Virus record (IMG/VR): IMGVR_UViG_3300003323_000915
Coordinates: 13,249 to 77,248 of that record
From: a virus
Length of the DNA: 64,000 nucleotides
Reading direction: 5' to 3' (one strand)
Position 1 is the stretch's first letter; every line of letters begins with the position of its first letter. Under the pieces are notes generated by a model. That model was given only the letters and a program-made list of their open reading frames with translations. It was not told the origin of the DNA and searched no databases. Position numbers and translations under genes: made by a program. Of this stretch, positions 36,678 through 45,101 are shown in pieces.

Positions 36678-37408
36678 AGATAACGAAGGCGCGAATAGTA
36701 AGTAAATCGGTAATTGAATTTGATCCAATATTTAAAGATGAATTTTCAATACCTTTTGTTCCACAGGCGTATTTGCAAGGGAGCGGTATCTATAAAATAG
36801 TGAATATTTTTACAGGTGAGATCTATGTAGGTGCTACCAAGAATTTTTACAGGAGACTTATGTCCCACAAGAGTTCAATAGTATCAGGGCACACTAAAAG
36901 TAAAAAACTAACAGAGGCCGCTAAAAAATATGGCATACATAATTTCAATTTTGTAATTATAGAACACACAGAGTTGCGCAATCTGTCTGAACGTGAACAA
37001 TTCTACATAGATTTATTAAAACCACAGTATAACGTAGCTGTGCCTGGAGCCACTAAAAGTGAAGAAACAATAGAAAAGATCAGAAGATCTATTTCGGGCA
37101 TCAAGCATCCGGCATGGAGAAATGAGATAAAAAGAATTGCGCAAACAGGGATTAAGACATCACCACGATCTGAGATTGGAAAGATTAACATGTCCAACGC
37201 TCAGAAAAAATTGCATAGTAGCGGCTACAAAAGCCCAAGATCAAAAGCTGTATTACAATATGATCAATCTGGAAATTTTATCCGAGAATACTATAGTGCG
37301 TCAGAAGCCGGTAGACATATTGGCGTTACTGGTGATGCGGTGACTGCGAATGCAACAGGCAGAAATAGGACATGTCAAGGGTTTGTATTTAAATACAAAA
37401 TACAATGA
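36674..37408 (+). CDS. GIY-YIG homing endonuclease with NUMOD DNA-binding repeats
   Basis: SGIYKIVN...YVG...RRLMSH, EREQFYID, SEETIEKI, KAVLQYD...SASEA. Confidence 0.88.
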   Translation: MKITKARIVSKSVIEFDPIFKDEFSIPFVPQAYLQGSGIYKIVNIFTGEIYVGATKNFYRRLMSHKSSIVSGHTKSKKLTEAAKKYGIHNFNFVIIEHTELRNLSEREQFYIDLLKPQYNVAVPGATKSEETIEKIRRSISGIKHPAWRNEIKRIAQTGIKTSPRSEIGKINMSNAQKKLHSSGYKSPRSKAVLQYDQSGNFIREYYSASEAGRHIGVTGDAVTANATGRNRTCQGFVFKYKIQ

Positions 37409-37776
37409 AAATAGCTATTGATGTAGATAGTACGATCGTGTTTAACCAGTATCCGTATTTCGGTGACTCAGTCCCAAATGTCGAAAAAGTATTAAAGCGA
37501 ATTATTACTGCCGGACATGAAATAATAATTCTGACAATGAGAGATGGCAGATTGCTGGACGATGCAGTTGAATGGTTTTTAAAGAATAGCATACCAGTTA
37601 AGTACATTAATTGCAACCCAGAGTTTGAGACTGGATCAAGAAAGGTGTACGCAAATCTATACATCGATGACCATAATCTCGGCATTCCACTTATTCATAA
37701 CTACGAAGTACATCCAAAACCATTCGTTGACTGGCTTGCAGTTGAAAAAATATTGGAAGCAAAAGGATATTTATGA
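37405..37776 (+). CDS. Capless HAD-superfamily phosphatase (BT0820-like)
   Basis: IAIDVDSTI (DxD), ILTMR, RKVYANLYIDDHN. Confidence 0.8.
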   Translation: MKIAIDVDSTIVFNQYPYFGDSVPNVEKVLKRIITAGHEIIILTMRDGRLLDDAVEWFLKNSIPVKYINCNPEFETGSRKVYANLYIDDHNLGIPLIHNYEVHPKPFVDWLAVEKILEAKGYL

Positions 37777-37997
37777 ACCGAATCAATCAATTTAATTTCG
37801 AGCCAGGAATCTATGTGTGTGCCGCGTACATAATGGTTGTGGTTACTGAATTAGTTACGCATCACGATGACGGAACCGAACTACAAGAGCTACCAGACCC
37901 CATGGTGGTATTCAGATCACTGGAAGACAAGATCGAAAAATACACACGACATTCTATGAGATTAAGTGCCTTCAAAAGTAAATACAAGAGAGCATGA
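37773..37997 (+). CDS. Small hypothetical protein (DUF1653-like)
   Basis: PGIY...MVVFRSL...R...F pattern. Confidence 0.45.
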   Translation: MNRINQFNFEPGIYVCAAYIMVVVTELVTHHDDGTELQELPDPMVVFRSLEDKIEKYTRHSMRLSAFKSKYKRA

Positions 37998-38524
37998 TGG
38001 AAGCATGGAAAGACATTCCTGGTTATGACGGATACCAAGCAAGTAATTCAGGACGCATTAAAAGTGTAGGAAGAATCGTAACATCGAAGGGGTTTGGTGG
38101 ATGCTTATTTACAGTGCATGAAAAAATTTTAAAACAAGAAGTAACCAGAGATGGATATCTAAGGGTTACGTTGAGTCTAAATGGAAAGACTAAAAGATTT
38201 TCCGTTCACAGAATTGTTGCAGAGTTATTTATCACAAAGAAAGAGGGTAAACCATTCGTTAACCACATCAATGGCATAAAATCAGACAATAGGGTAGAAA
38301 ATTTGGAATGGTGCACGATTTCGGAAAACGAAAAGCATGCGTATAATTGCCTAGGCAAAATACCCCCACAAGCAAAACTTGTTTTAGACACTCAAACCGG
38401 TGTGTTCTATTCTTCGGTCACTAAAGCCGCGACAGCAAAAAACATTAATCCAAAATTTTTACTGGAATTACTCGGTGTAAAAGGCATGAACAGAGTAAAC
38501 AAAACAGGATTAATTAAAGTATGA
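37994..38524 (+). CDS. NUMOD4-HNH homing endonuclease
   Basis: EAWKDIPGY..YQASNSGRIKS; VHRIVA...VNHINGIKSDNRVENLEW. Confidence 0.9.
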   Translation: MMEAWKDIPGYDGYQASNSGRIKSVGRIVTSKGFGGCLFTVHEKILKQEVTRDGYLRVTLSLNGKTKRFSVHRIVAELFITKKEGKPFVNHINGIKSDNRVENLEWCTISENEKHAYNCLGKIPPQAKLVLDTQTGVFYSSVTKAATAKNINPKFLLELLGVKGMNRVNKTGLIKV

Positions 38525-39789
38525 TCACACTTCGCGATTATCAAATCAAAGCTGTTTCTGAGCTTGTACCAATTCTTACTAAATACAATCTTGCGTACTT
38601 AGCCGCTGAAGTGCGATGTGGTAAAAACTTCATGAGCATGGAGACTGCTAAGCAATTAGGATGGCGTAAGATATGCTTTATCACTAAAAAGTCAGCATTC
38701 AGTGGTGTAAAACTGGATTATCAGAATTTCGGATATCAGTTTCAGTTGTTTGATGTTTTCAACTTCGAGCAGTCACACAATATCCATCCGGTGTACGACG
38801 GGTACATCATCGATGAGGCACATAGTATTGGAGCATTTCCGAAGCCAGGCGCACACTGTAAAGAGATCCGAAAATTAATTCACGCTAAAAAAAGTCCATG
38901 CCTGCTGATGTCCGGCACCCCAACAGCTGAATCTTATTCACAAATATTCCATCAATTATGGGTGTCACCATTTACGCCATTCCAAGGATATGGACACCGA
39001 TCCGGAGAGTTTTACGGATGGGCGAAGGAGTATGTGGACGTAAAGCAAAAGTTTATCAATGGATTTGCGATCAACGACTACAAAAAAGCGAATAAAGAAA
39101 AAATCGAAGAAGTGCTGAAACACTACATGGTCACCGTCTCTCAGCAAGACGCCGGATTTACATCATTTGTCCAAGAAGAGGTATTCTACGTTGACATCGA
39201 CAAGCGCCTATATCAGCTGATGAATGTCTTGAAAGAAAAGAAGATCTATCAAATGAAGACCACGGGCGATTACATCGTTGCCGATACACCAGCTCGCATG
39301 CAGCAATGCTTCCATCAGCTCAGCAGCGGCACCATCATTACCGGTGAAGATCCGTCTAAAAAATATCATGTTATTGATGAATCAAAGGCCCATTTCATTA
39401 AGCAGAAATTTGCCGGTAAAAAGATCGCGATCTATTACTACTACGTCAGCGAAGGAGAGCTTCTGCGCCGGCTGTTCCCAATGAACACCGATTCCCCGGA
39501 ATTGTTCAACGCCAGCGACAACCTTGTATTTATCCGGCAGATGGTATCTGGAAGTCTAGGCGTAAACATTTCAACGTGTGACTGGCTTCTGATGTATAAC
39601 ATTGGCTTTTCGGCAAATATTTACTGGCAGGTACGCGCACGCATGCAGACGAAGGACCGGACAGCGCCGAGCAGGCTTGGATGGATTTTCAGCAAAAACG
39701 GGATTGAGAAATACGTACTGAAGGTTTTACAGAAAAAGAAGAACTTCACAACTGCGTACTTCATCAGGGATTTCAAGATCGACGTGTAA
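38521..39789 (+). CDS. SF2 (SNF2-like) helicase
   Basis: LRDYQ, EVRCGK, IIDEAH, MSGTP, QVRAR. Confidence 0.85.
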   Translation: MITLRDYQIKAVSELVPILTKYNLAYLAAEVRCGKNFMSMETAKQLGWRKICFITKKSAFSGVKLDYQNFGYQFQLFDVFNFEQSHNIHPVYDGYIIDEAHSIGAFPKPGAHCKEIRKLIHAKKSPCLLMSGTPTAESYSQIFHQLWVSPFTPFQGYGHRSGEFYGWAKEYVDVKQKFINGFAINDYKKANKEKIEEVLKHYMVTVSQQDAGFTSFVQEEVFYVDIDKRLYQLMNVLKEKKIYQMKTTGDYIVADTPARMQQCFHQLSSGTIITGEDPSKKYHVIDESKAHFIKQKFAGKKIAIYYYYVSEGELLRRLFPMNTDSPELFNASDNLVFIRQMVSGSLGVNISTCDWLLMYNIGFSANIYWQVRARMQTKDRTAPSRLGWIFSKNGIEKYVLKVLQKKKNFTTAYFIRDFKIDV

Positions 39790-40067
39790 TGGCCGGTGAG
39801 TCAAAACTTCAGACTAAAATAAAAAACAAACTCAGGCTGGATGGATGGTTTGTCACAAAAATTTCAATGACAAGCAGGCCCGGGTGGCCAGATTTATACC
39901 TTCTTAAAGATGGCAGAAGCGTGTGGTTGGAGATAAAGGACGGTAAAAAACTGAAAGAATTGCAGATATACATACGCGACGAGATTCGGAAATTTGGCGG
40001 AGAATCGTATTCAGCCGCCAATTGGGATGAGTTCATCGCCTTGAACCTCATATCGACTTGCAAATGA
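39789..40067 (+). CDS. VRR-NUC nuclease (Holliday-junction resolvase-like)
   Basis: ESKLQ...GWPDL...WLEIK...LQ. Confidence 0.85.
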   Translation: MAGESKLQTKIKNKLRLDGWFVTKISMTSRPGWPDLYLLKDGRSVWLEIKDGKKLKELQIYIRDEIRKFGGESYSAANWDEFIALNLISTCK

Positions 40068-40069
40068 TC

Positions 40070-40085
40070 GTAACATTTGTTACTA
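40070..40085. promoter_or_regulatory. Palindromic operator copy
   Basis: GTAACATTTGTTACTA, intergenic. Confidence 0.6.
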
Positions 40086-40142
40086 TTGTATTGCCACACG
40101 GTTTTGAGGGAGTTTCCGTGTTTGGTTAATAGTAACAGGTTT

Positions 40143-40176
40143 AGCCGGGGCATGTGGTTGTGTCCCGGCTTATTTT
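40143..40176 (+). terminator. Intrinsic terminator-like hairpin
   Basis: AGCCGGGGCA...TGTCCCGGCT-TATTTT. Confidence 0.6.
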
Positions 40177-40187
40177 AAACTAAATCT

Positions 40188-40385
40188 ATGAAGATCGTAA
40201 TATCAATCGCCTGGGGAGTTGCTTGGTTTGTAGCGGCTCTTGTTGAATCAATCCTGATAGGAGCAACGAGCTACAGCGATATGAATTCATTCGGAAAAAT
40301 CGCGACCATTATGACCTGCGTTCCGGTTGCGTATTGGGTAATCTTGGCGATTATTGGAACAGCGCAAAATATTTTCAAAAAATGA
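40188..40385 (+). CDS. Two-TM membrane protein
   Basis: Hydrophobic ORF. Confidence 0.55.
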   Translation: MKIVISIAWGVAWFVAALVESILIGATSYSDMNSFGKIATIMTCVPVAYWVILAIIGTAQNIFKK

Positions 40386-40741
40386 CACAACACGAAGCAT
40401 TAAATGTTTTAATAAAATCACTTGGTGATACAAATCCTATAAGCGACGGTTATCACACATTTGAAGAATTGTATGATCATAGAATTACCCTTTACGTGGC
40501 TCTCTGTAAGCAATTATCAAAAGAACGGCATGACATCTGGAGGACAGCAATCCATTCTGATAACAGTGTATGGGATGGATGGTTCTTGCTAGGCATCGGT
40601 TATAATGCCGGTGAACAGATAACATACCATCTCCCTGTATCAAGATGGGAAGAGTGCGACTTCGCTATACAAATACACAAGGCGCCAACATTCGACGGGC
40701 ACAGTTCGGCACAGGTGATCCAAAGAATAAAAAACTTATAA
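40382..40741 (+). CDS. WDGH-type conserved phage domain protein
   Basis: SDGYHTFEELYDHR...QITYHLP...APTFDGH. Confidence 0.75.
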   Translation: MTQHEALNVLIKSLGDTNPISDGYHTFEELYDHRITLYVALCKQLSKERHDIWRTAIHSDNSVWDGWFLLGIGYNAGEQITYHLPVSRWEECDFAIQIHKAPTFDGHSSAQVIQRIKNL

Positions 40742-41206
40742 ATGAGAATAATCGTATCATTCATTCTCCTCCTTCTGCCGACATGGCTCGAAGTGTACAA
40801 AGACCGCAACGGCGATGTTCATCCGAATCATGATTGGATTTTTCGCGGAGTGCTTTGCCTTATCGTTGGCTTTTTGCTTGGACTCGTATCGACTACCAAT
40901 CACCACTTTTTATTGCCGTGTATAAAGTACACGATATCATCAGCACTGTTGTTTGCCGGCATATTCCCGTACTGGATCAACTTCGTTCAGCTCAAAAATG
41001 GGATAACAACATATGCTAAAGTCCCAAAATTGCACTTGTATGGATATAGACTACTATCCAAATCAGAGGTACTTGACCATGTATTAAACCACCTTTCTGA
41101 TAGCGCCTGGCCAGATAAAACAAAATGGTGGAGATCAATTGGATGGCTTGGCAGGCTTATTGTGAATATGATCCTTATTACCATTGCTGTCCTTCTTGTA
41201 GTATGA
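40742..41206 (+). CDS. Multi-pass membrane protein
   Basis: 3-4 TM segments. Confidence 0.6.
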   Translation: MRIIVSFILLLLPTWLEVYKDRNGDVHPNHDWIFRGVLCLIVGFLLGLVSTTNHHFLLPCIKYTISSALLFAGIFPYWINFVQLKNGITTYAKVPKLHLYGYRLLSKSEVLDHVLNHLSDSAWPDKTKWWRSIGWLGRLIVNMILITIAVLLVV

Positions 41207-41571
41207 AAACACTGATCCTTGGATTGCTATTAATTTCGGCGAATCTTTCCGCTCAGAATTTTTATTCCGAGTTGAACGAATACCGAAAAAGACATTTTCT
41301 TCGGCCGCTTGAAGTTGACTCAATGCTCGAGATCGAATCCAAAATTCAGATCAATAAAATCATCAATAGGTGGCATGGCGGCCTTGTTCACGGATCGGTG
41401 AATGATAAAAATCACAAATTCAAGACTGAAGTTTTGAATAAAAATTGTGAGTCAGATCTGATATGCTGGCTCGAAAGCCCTCCGCATAAGAAGGCAATTT
41501 TAAGTCGTAAGGCGCGAAAAATAGGCTATGCTAAAATCAATAACATAGCCTGCGCAAGACTTACAGATTAG
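41203..41571 (+). CDS. Secreted CAP (SCP/PR-1)-domain protein
   Basis: Signal peptide; LNEYRKRH.L.PL, WLESPPHKKAIL, KIGYA. Confidence 0.7.
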   Translation: MKTLILGLLLISANLSAQNFYSELNEYRKRHFLRPLEVDSMLEIESKIQINKIINRWHGGLVHGSVNDKNHKFKTEVLNKNCESDLICWLESPPHKKAILSRKARKIGYAKINNIACARLTD

Positions 41572-42056
41572 CGGCCGCGCTTCAATATTGCACGAACTTT
41601 ATTCTTGTACATCGTACCTCCGCCTTTTGTCGGGCTGTCTGTACCATACGTCATAGCCATTGGCTTCAATCTTCCGCCGGACTTGCCGGTTGATTTTTTC
41701 TCAGGCGCTGGAGTCTTTTTATTCTCAACAACGGCAGCTGGTTTCGGAGTGACTTTTTTAATTTCAGGCTTATTTACCGGAATTTGCACGTCAACTTTAT
41801 CGGCATCTTTCTTCACGGTGGTCACGCCGGCACGATATGGTTTCCCGTCTTTGTAGGCAATGTCCTGTTTTTTTGCGCGGGCATCTTCAATAAAGTCGGC
41901 ATCTTTGTTCTCAGCGTTCTCTTTTCCATAACGCTTGTCACCAGTCAATGCGCGTGACGGTGTATACGTTTTTGTTTCTGCGCCTCTCTTGAAAGAGAGT
42001 GACACACCTGATTTTTTTGGTTGGCCTGGACCTGTCTTGTTACTGTAGGTTTTCAT
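41568..42056 (-). CDS. Lys-rich basic protein
   Basis: 162 aa, low-complexity basic. Confidence 0.55.
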   Translation of the reverse strand: MKTYSNKTGPGQPKKSGVSLSFKRGAETKTYTPSRALTGDKRYGKENAENKDADFIEDARAKKQDIAYKDGKPYRAGVTTVKKDADKVDVQIPVNKPEIKKVTPKPAAVVENKKTPAPEKKSTGKSGGRLKPMAMTYGTDSPTKGGGTMYKNKVRAILKRGR

Positions 42057-42061
42057 TTTCG

Positions 42062-42069
42062 TATCTTTG
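42062..42069 (+). promoter_or_regulatory. -7 promoter element TATCTTTG for the packaging operon
   Basis: Exact TAnnTTTG, 14 nt before the ATG at 42084. Confidence 0.6.
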
Positions 42070-42083
42070 GTTAAAATTTTAGT

Positions 42084-42620
42084 ATGGTAAAATTTTCAGA
42101 CTTTGATGTATGTCAATCGTTCGTACACAAAGATAAAGCAAAAATACTGTCATACATATCCCTGCTTTACGATCGGGAATCATCACTCAACGGAATCCAG
42201 AATTTATCCGACCGAAAGAGGGAAGCTTGCAGTCGAGCGAAGCTTGATGCGAGAGATCCAGAGATAATATCCATTATGGACATGCAGCATGAGCAAGTCA
42301 ACAAACTGATATTCGCCTACCTGTCGCAGTTTCAGAATAGTAACGCATATCATAAGCTGTGCTCCGATCAGCAACTATTCTGGGATATCCAGAAAATATT
42401 AATGAGCCCAGGTGGAACGGATGATGAAGATAAATTGATGGAGAAGTACAAGAAGCGCGGAGATTTATCAAAAACCGCCGATCAATTGCTGACAACAATA
42501 AATAAGCTGTTCTCTGAAATATACAAGGATGACGACGTCCAAGAAGTTGCCGCCACAATGATGAGGCAGATGCTTCGTCCAGAGGACAGAGTAAGACAGA
42601 AAGAGAGGACTAATGTTTAA
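42084..42620 (+). CDS. Putative terminase small subunit
   Basis: Helical protein directly upstream of and overlapping terL; position-based call. Confidence 0.45.
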   Translation: MVKFSDFDVCQSFVHKDKAKILSYISLLYDRESSLNGIQNLSDRKREACSRAKLDARDPEIISIMDMQHEQVNKLIFAYLSQFQNSNAYHKLCSDQQLFWDIQKILMSPGGTDDEDKLMEKYKKRGDLSKTADQLLTTINKLFSEIYKDDDVQEVAATMMRQMLRPEDRVRQKERTNV

Positions 42621-44754
42621 TCCGACAAACAATCCATATCGATTCCAGTATCTAATCACTGCAATAACCGGAGGAGGCATTCAACAGGTATTTCTTCCGG
42701 ATGTTCCGCCTGACGCTGAAATTCTTTTCCATAAAGAACAAAAATGGGTTCGCCCTCAGCCAACGGAAGCAACTCGTAGAGCCATCAGGGAATACGCGAA
42801 AAGAGTACAGGAGGATAAAAATTATATCCACCCGATGCAGATGCAGATCAATGAATGGGCGGATCAAGAATGGGAAAGGTCTGAGAAAGGCGTCTGGATA
42901 TGGATTAAAGGTGTGCCTACGTATATCACCGGTTTTTATTACTGGTATTTAACTTCTTGGCAGACGACGTTCGGATTTCCGATGTATCGCGAAACCGACA
43001 AGGAGCTCACATACCTGCTTCAATTCTGCGAAGAAGATCCGGACTGCTACGGTTTATTATTGAACACAGTCCGTCGGTACGGTAAATCTTCCCTGATGGG
43101 TGGATGGGGAATGTATCGAACAACACGTAACAAAAATCATTATACTGGCTGCCAAGGAGAAAATGATCACAAGGCAGGATTGTTTTATACCCAGATGATT
43201 CGATCGCCATTTAAAAAATTGCCGTTTTATTTTTTACCGAGATACGACACTACATCGGCATTAACCTCCGACATAAAATTTGAACGTCCGGTTGAGAGAA
43301 GCAGACTCGCCGTGATTGGTGATTTTGATGAATCTGAAGATCTTGAATCAAGACTTGATTACCGAGCATCTGGTGTTGCCGAATACGACGGTAGTGTACT
43401 GCATACTTACCTCATGGAGGAGGCCGGTAAGATATTGAATTGTAATGTGAATGACCGGTGGGCTATCGTGAAACCTTGTCTTCGGAAAGGTAAAGATCTG
43501 CGGGGAAAAGCCTTCATGGGCACTACCGTAGAATTTATGGATTCAACAGGTAAGGGAGGACGCGCTTATAAAAAATTATTTTACGAAAGCGACTTTGATC
43601 AGAAGCAGCCTGACAAGAGAACGAAGAGTGGACTGTATGCATGCTTCCTCCCTGGAGATTGCGCACATGAAAGTTTCTTAGATGAATGGGGACGACCGAA
43701 GCGAGAAGAGGCGAAAGAATGGATCTTACTCGAGCGTGAATCGTATAAGGACAACCCGAAAGAATTATCCGGCGTGATCCGTCGGTACCCATTATACATC
43801 CGAGAGATTTTCTACATCAACACCGATCGCTGCGAATTCAACGCCACAATTCTTCAAGACAGAAAATCAGAACTTGAATCATTACCCGAGCCAATTCTTG
43901 TTAAAGGTGAATTTTACTGGGTTGACAATAAAAGATTTGGCGAGGTTCGGTTCAGGCACAATCAGTACACTGGCTGGGCATGGATACATTCACTGATTAC
44001 AAATCCAAAAGAAACAAACCTTGTTCAGCGAAAACTTGGACATGACAGGCCTATTTTTGCTCCAACAAACGACGCGAAATTTATTGCCGGAGTTGACCCG
44101 GTTGATCACGGTGTGGTTATCGAAGGCAAAGGTGGGGATGAAGAATACATCAGCACGCGCCGGTCGAAGCCGGTGCTGTTTGTGAAGCGGAAATACGACT
44201 CATCGATTGATGGTATCATAAGTCAAGAAATTTTAGAGCAACGCGCGAAAGAAAAATTTCCATACAAAACCAATCGGTACGTCGCTATGATGGATGTTCG
44301 TCCAAACGACCCGCTTGTTTTTTACGAACGAGCGTTGATGATGATGTGGTACTTTGGATGCAGCCTGCATGCAGAGTCTCAAAAGCCAGGCATCATGAAT
44401 TATTTTCACGAGCACGGATGCGGTGACTTTATTTTACAAAAGTATGTAGCCGAAAGTGGGTACAAGCGGAACATGACCATGGACGGAACACCAGCCAGCG
44501 GACCAATCATTCAGGAGTACACCGGCGCGCTGGCGACTTACATTGAGTACTTCGGACACACCATACCGTTTGTTGATCTCGTTGAAGATTTATTGATTTT
44601 CAATCCAAAAAAGACAACGGAACATGACTACTCTGTGGCGGCCGGGTTCACGGAAATGGCGTGCAAGATTCAGCCGAAAACTTACACTTTACCGGTGATC
44701 GATATTCACGATTTCATGCCCGGTTTTGATGAATATGGGAATGTCGTTGCATAA
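42613..44754 (+). CDS. terL: Terminase large subunit (crAss-like)
   Basis: YITGFYYWYL, RRYGKSS Walker A, YLMEEAGK Walker B, AGVDPVD nuclease, TEHD. Confidence 0.9.
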   Translation: MFNPTNNPYRFQYLITAITGGGIQQVFLPDVPPDAEILFHKEQKWVRPQPTEATRRAIREYAKRVQEDKNYIHPMQMQINEWADQEWERSEKGVWIWIKGVPTYITGFYYWYLTSWQTTFGFPMYRETDKELTYLLQFCEEDPDCYGLLLNTVRRYGKSSLMGGWGMYRTTRNKNHYTGCQGENDHKAGLFYTQMIRSPFKKLPFYFLPRYDTTSALTSDIKFERPVERSRLAVIGDFDESEDLESRLDYRASGVAEYDGSVLHTYLMEEAGKILNCNVNDRWAIVKPCLRKGKDLRGKAFMGTTVEFMDSTGKGGRAYKKLFYESDFDQKQPDKRTKSGLYACFLPGDCAHESFLDEWGRPKREEAKEWILLERESYKDNPKELSGVIRRYPLYIREIFYINTDRCEFNATILQDRKSELESLPEPILVKGEFYWVDNKRFGEVRFRHNQYTGWAWIHSLITNPKETNLVQRKLGHDRPIFAPTNDAKFIAGVDPVDHGVVIEGKGGDEEYISTRRSKPVLFVKRKYDSSIDGIISQEILEQRAKEKFPYKTNRYVAMMDVRPNDPLVFYERALMMMWYFGCSLHAESQKPGIMNYFHEHGCGDFILQKYVAESGYKRNMTMDGTPASGPIIQEYTGALATYIEYFGHTIPFVDLVEDLLIFNPKKTTEHDYSVAAGFTEMACKIQPKTYTLPVIDIHDFMPGFDEYGNVVA

Positions 44755-44788
44755 TCGCTAAATTTGGTAAAATATTCATTTCCAGGAT

Positions 44789-45100
44789 ATGGCCAAGACG
44801 AATCCACGCAAGACATTGGATGAGGTTTTAGAAAGCACAGAATTTGAGTTAAATCCATCCCATGTATCCGATTGGCATTACGGCTATTCACCCGAACAAT
44901 TCCTGACCATTAAGAAGGAAGTCCCAAAAGAACGGTTCGGAAAATTCAACATTGAAGCGGCAATAACAAACCCAAAATCCATACGATTCAGGCAGATGGC
45001 ATCACAATTCGATTACGGAAAAGCCGGTGATTATCTGTTTTTGGACATGGGCGGCGGAATGATGGGAATACCTTACAAACTTTTTAAAAGACTGTTCTGA
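44789..45100 (+). CDS. Hypothetical protein
   Basis: Between terL and portal; TAAATTTG element at 44759. Confidence 0.55.
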   Translation: MAKTNPRKTLDEVLESTEFELNPSHVSDWHYGYSPEQFLTIKKEVPKERFGKFNIEAAITNPKSIRFRQMASQFDYGKAGDYLFLDMGGGMMGIPYKLFKRLF

Positions 45101-45101
45101 A

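Noticed and set aside
42613-44754. Intron or intein in the terminase
   Set aside because: The ORF is continuous and of ordinary length for this group, with no intein-type C...HN boundary motifs.
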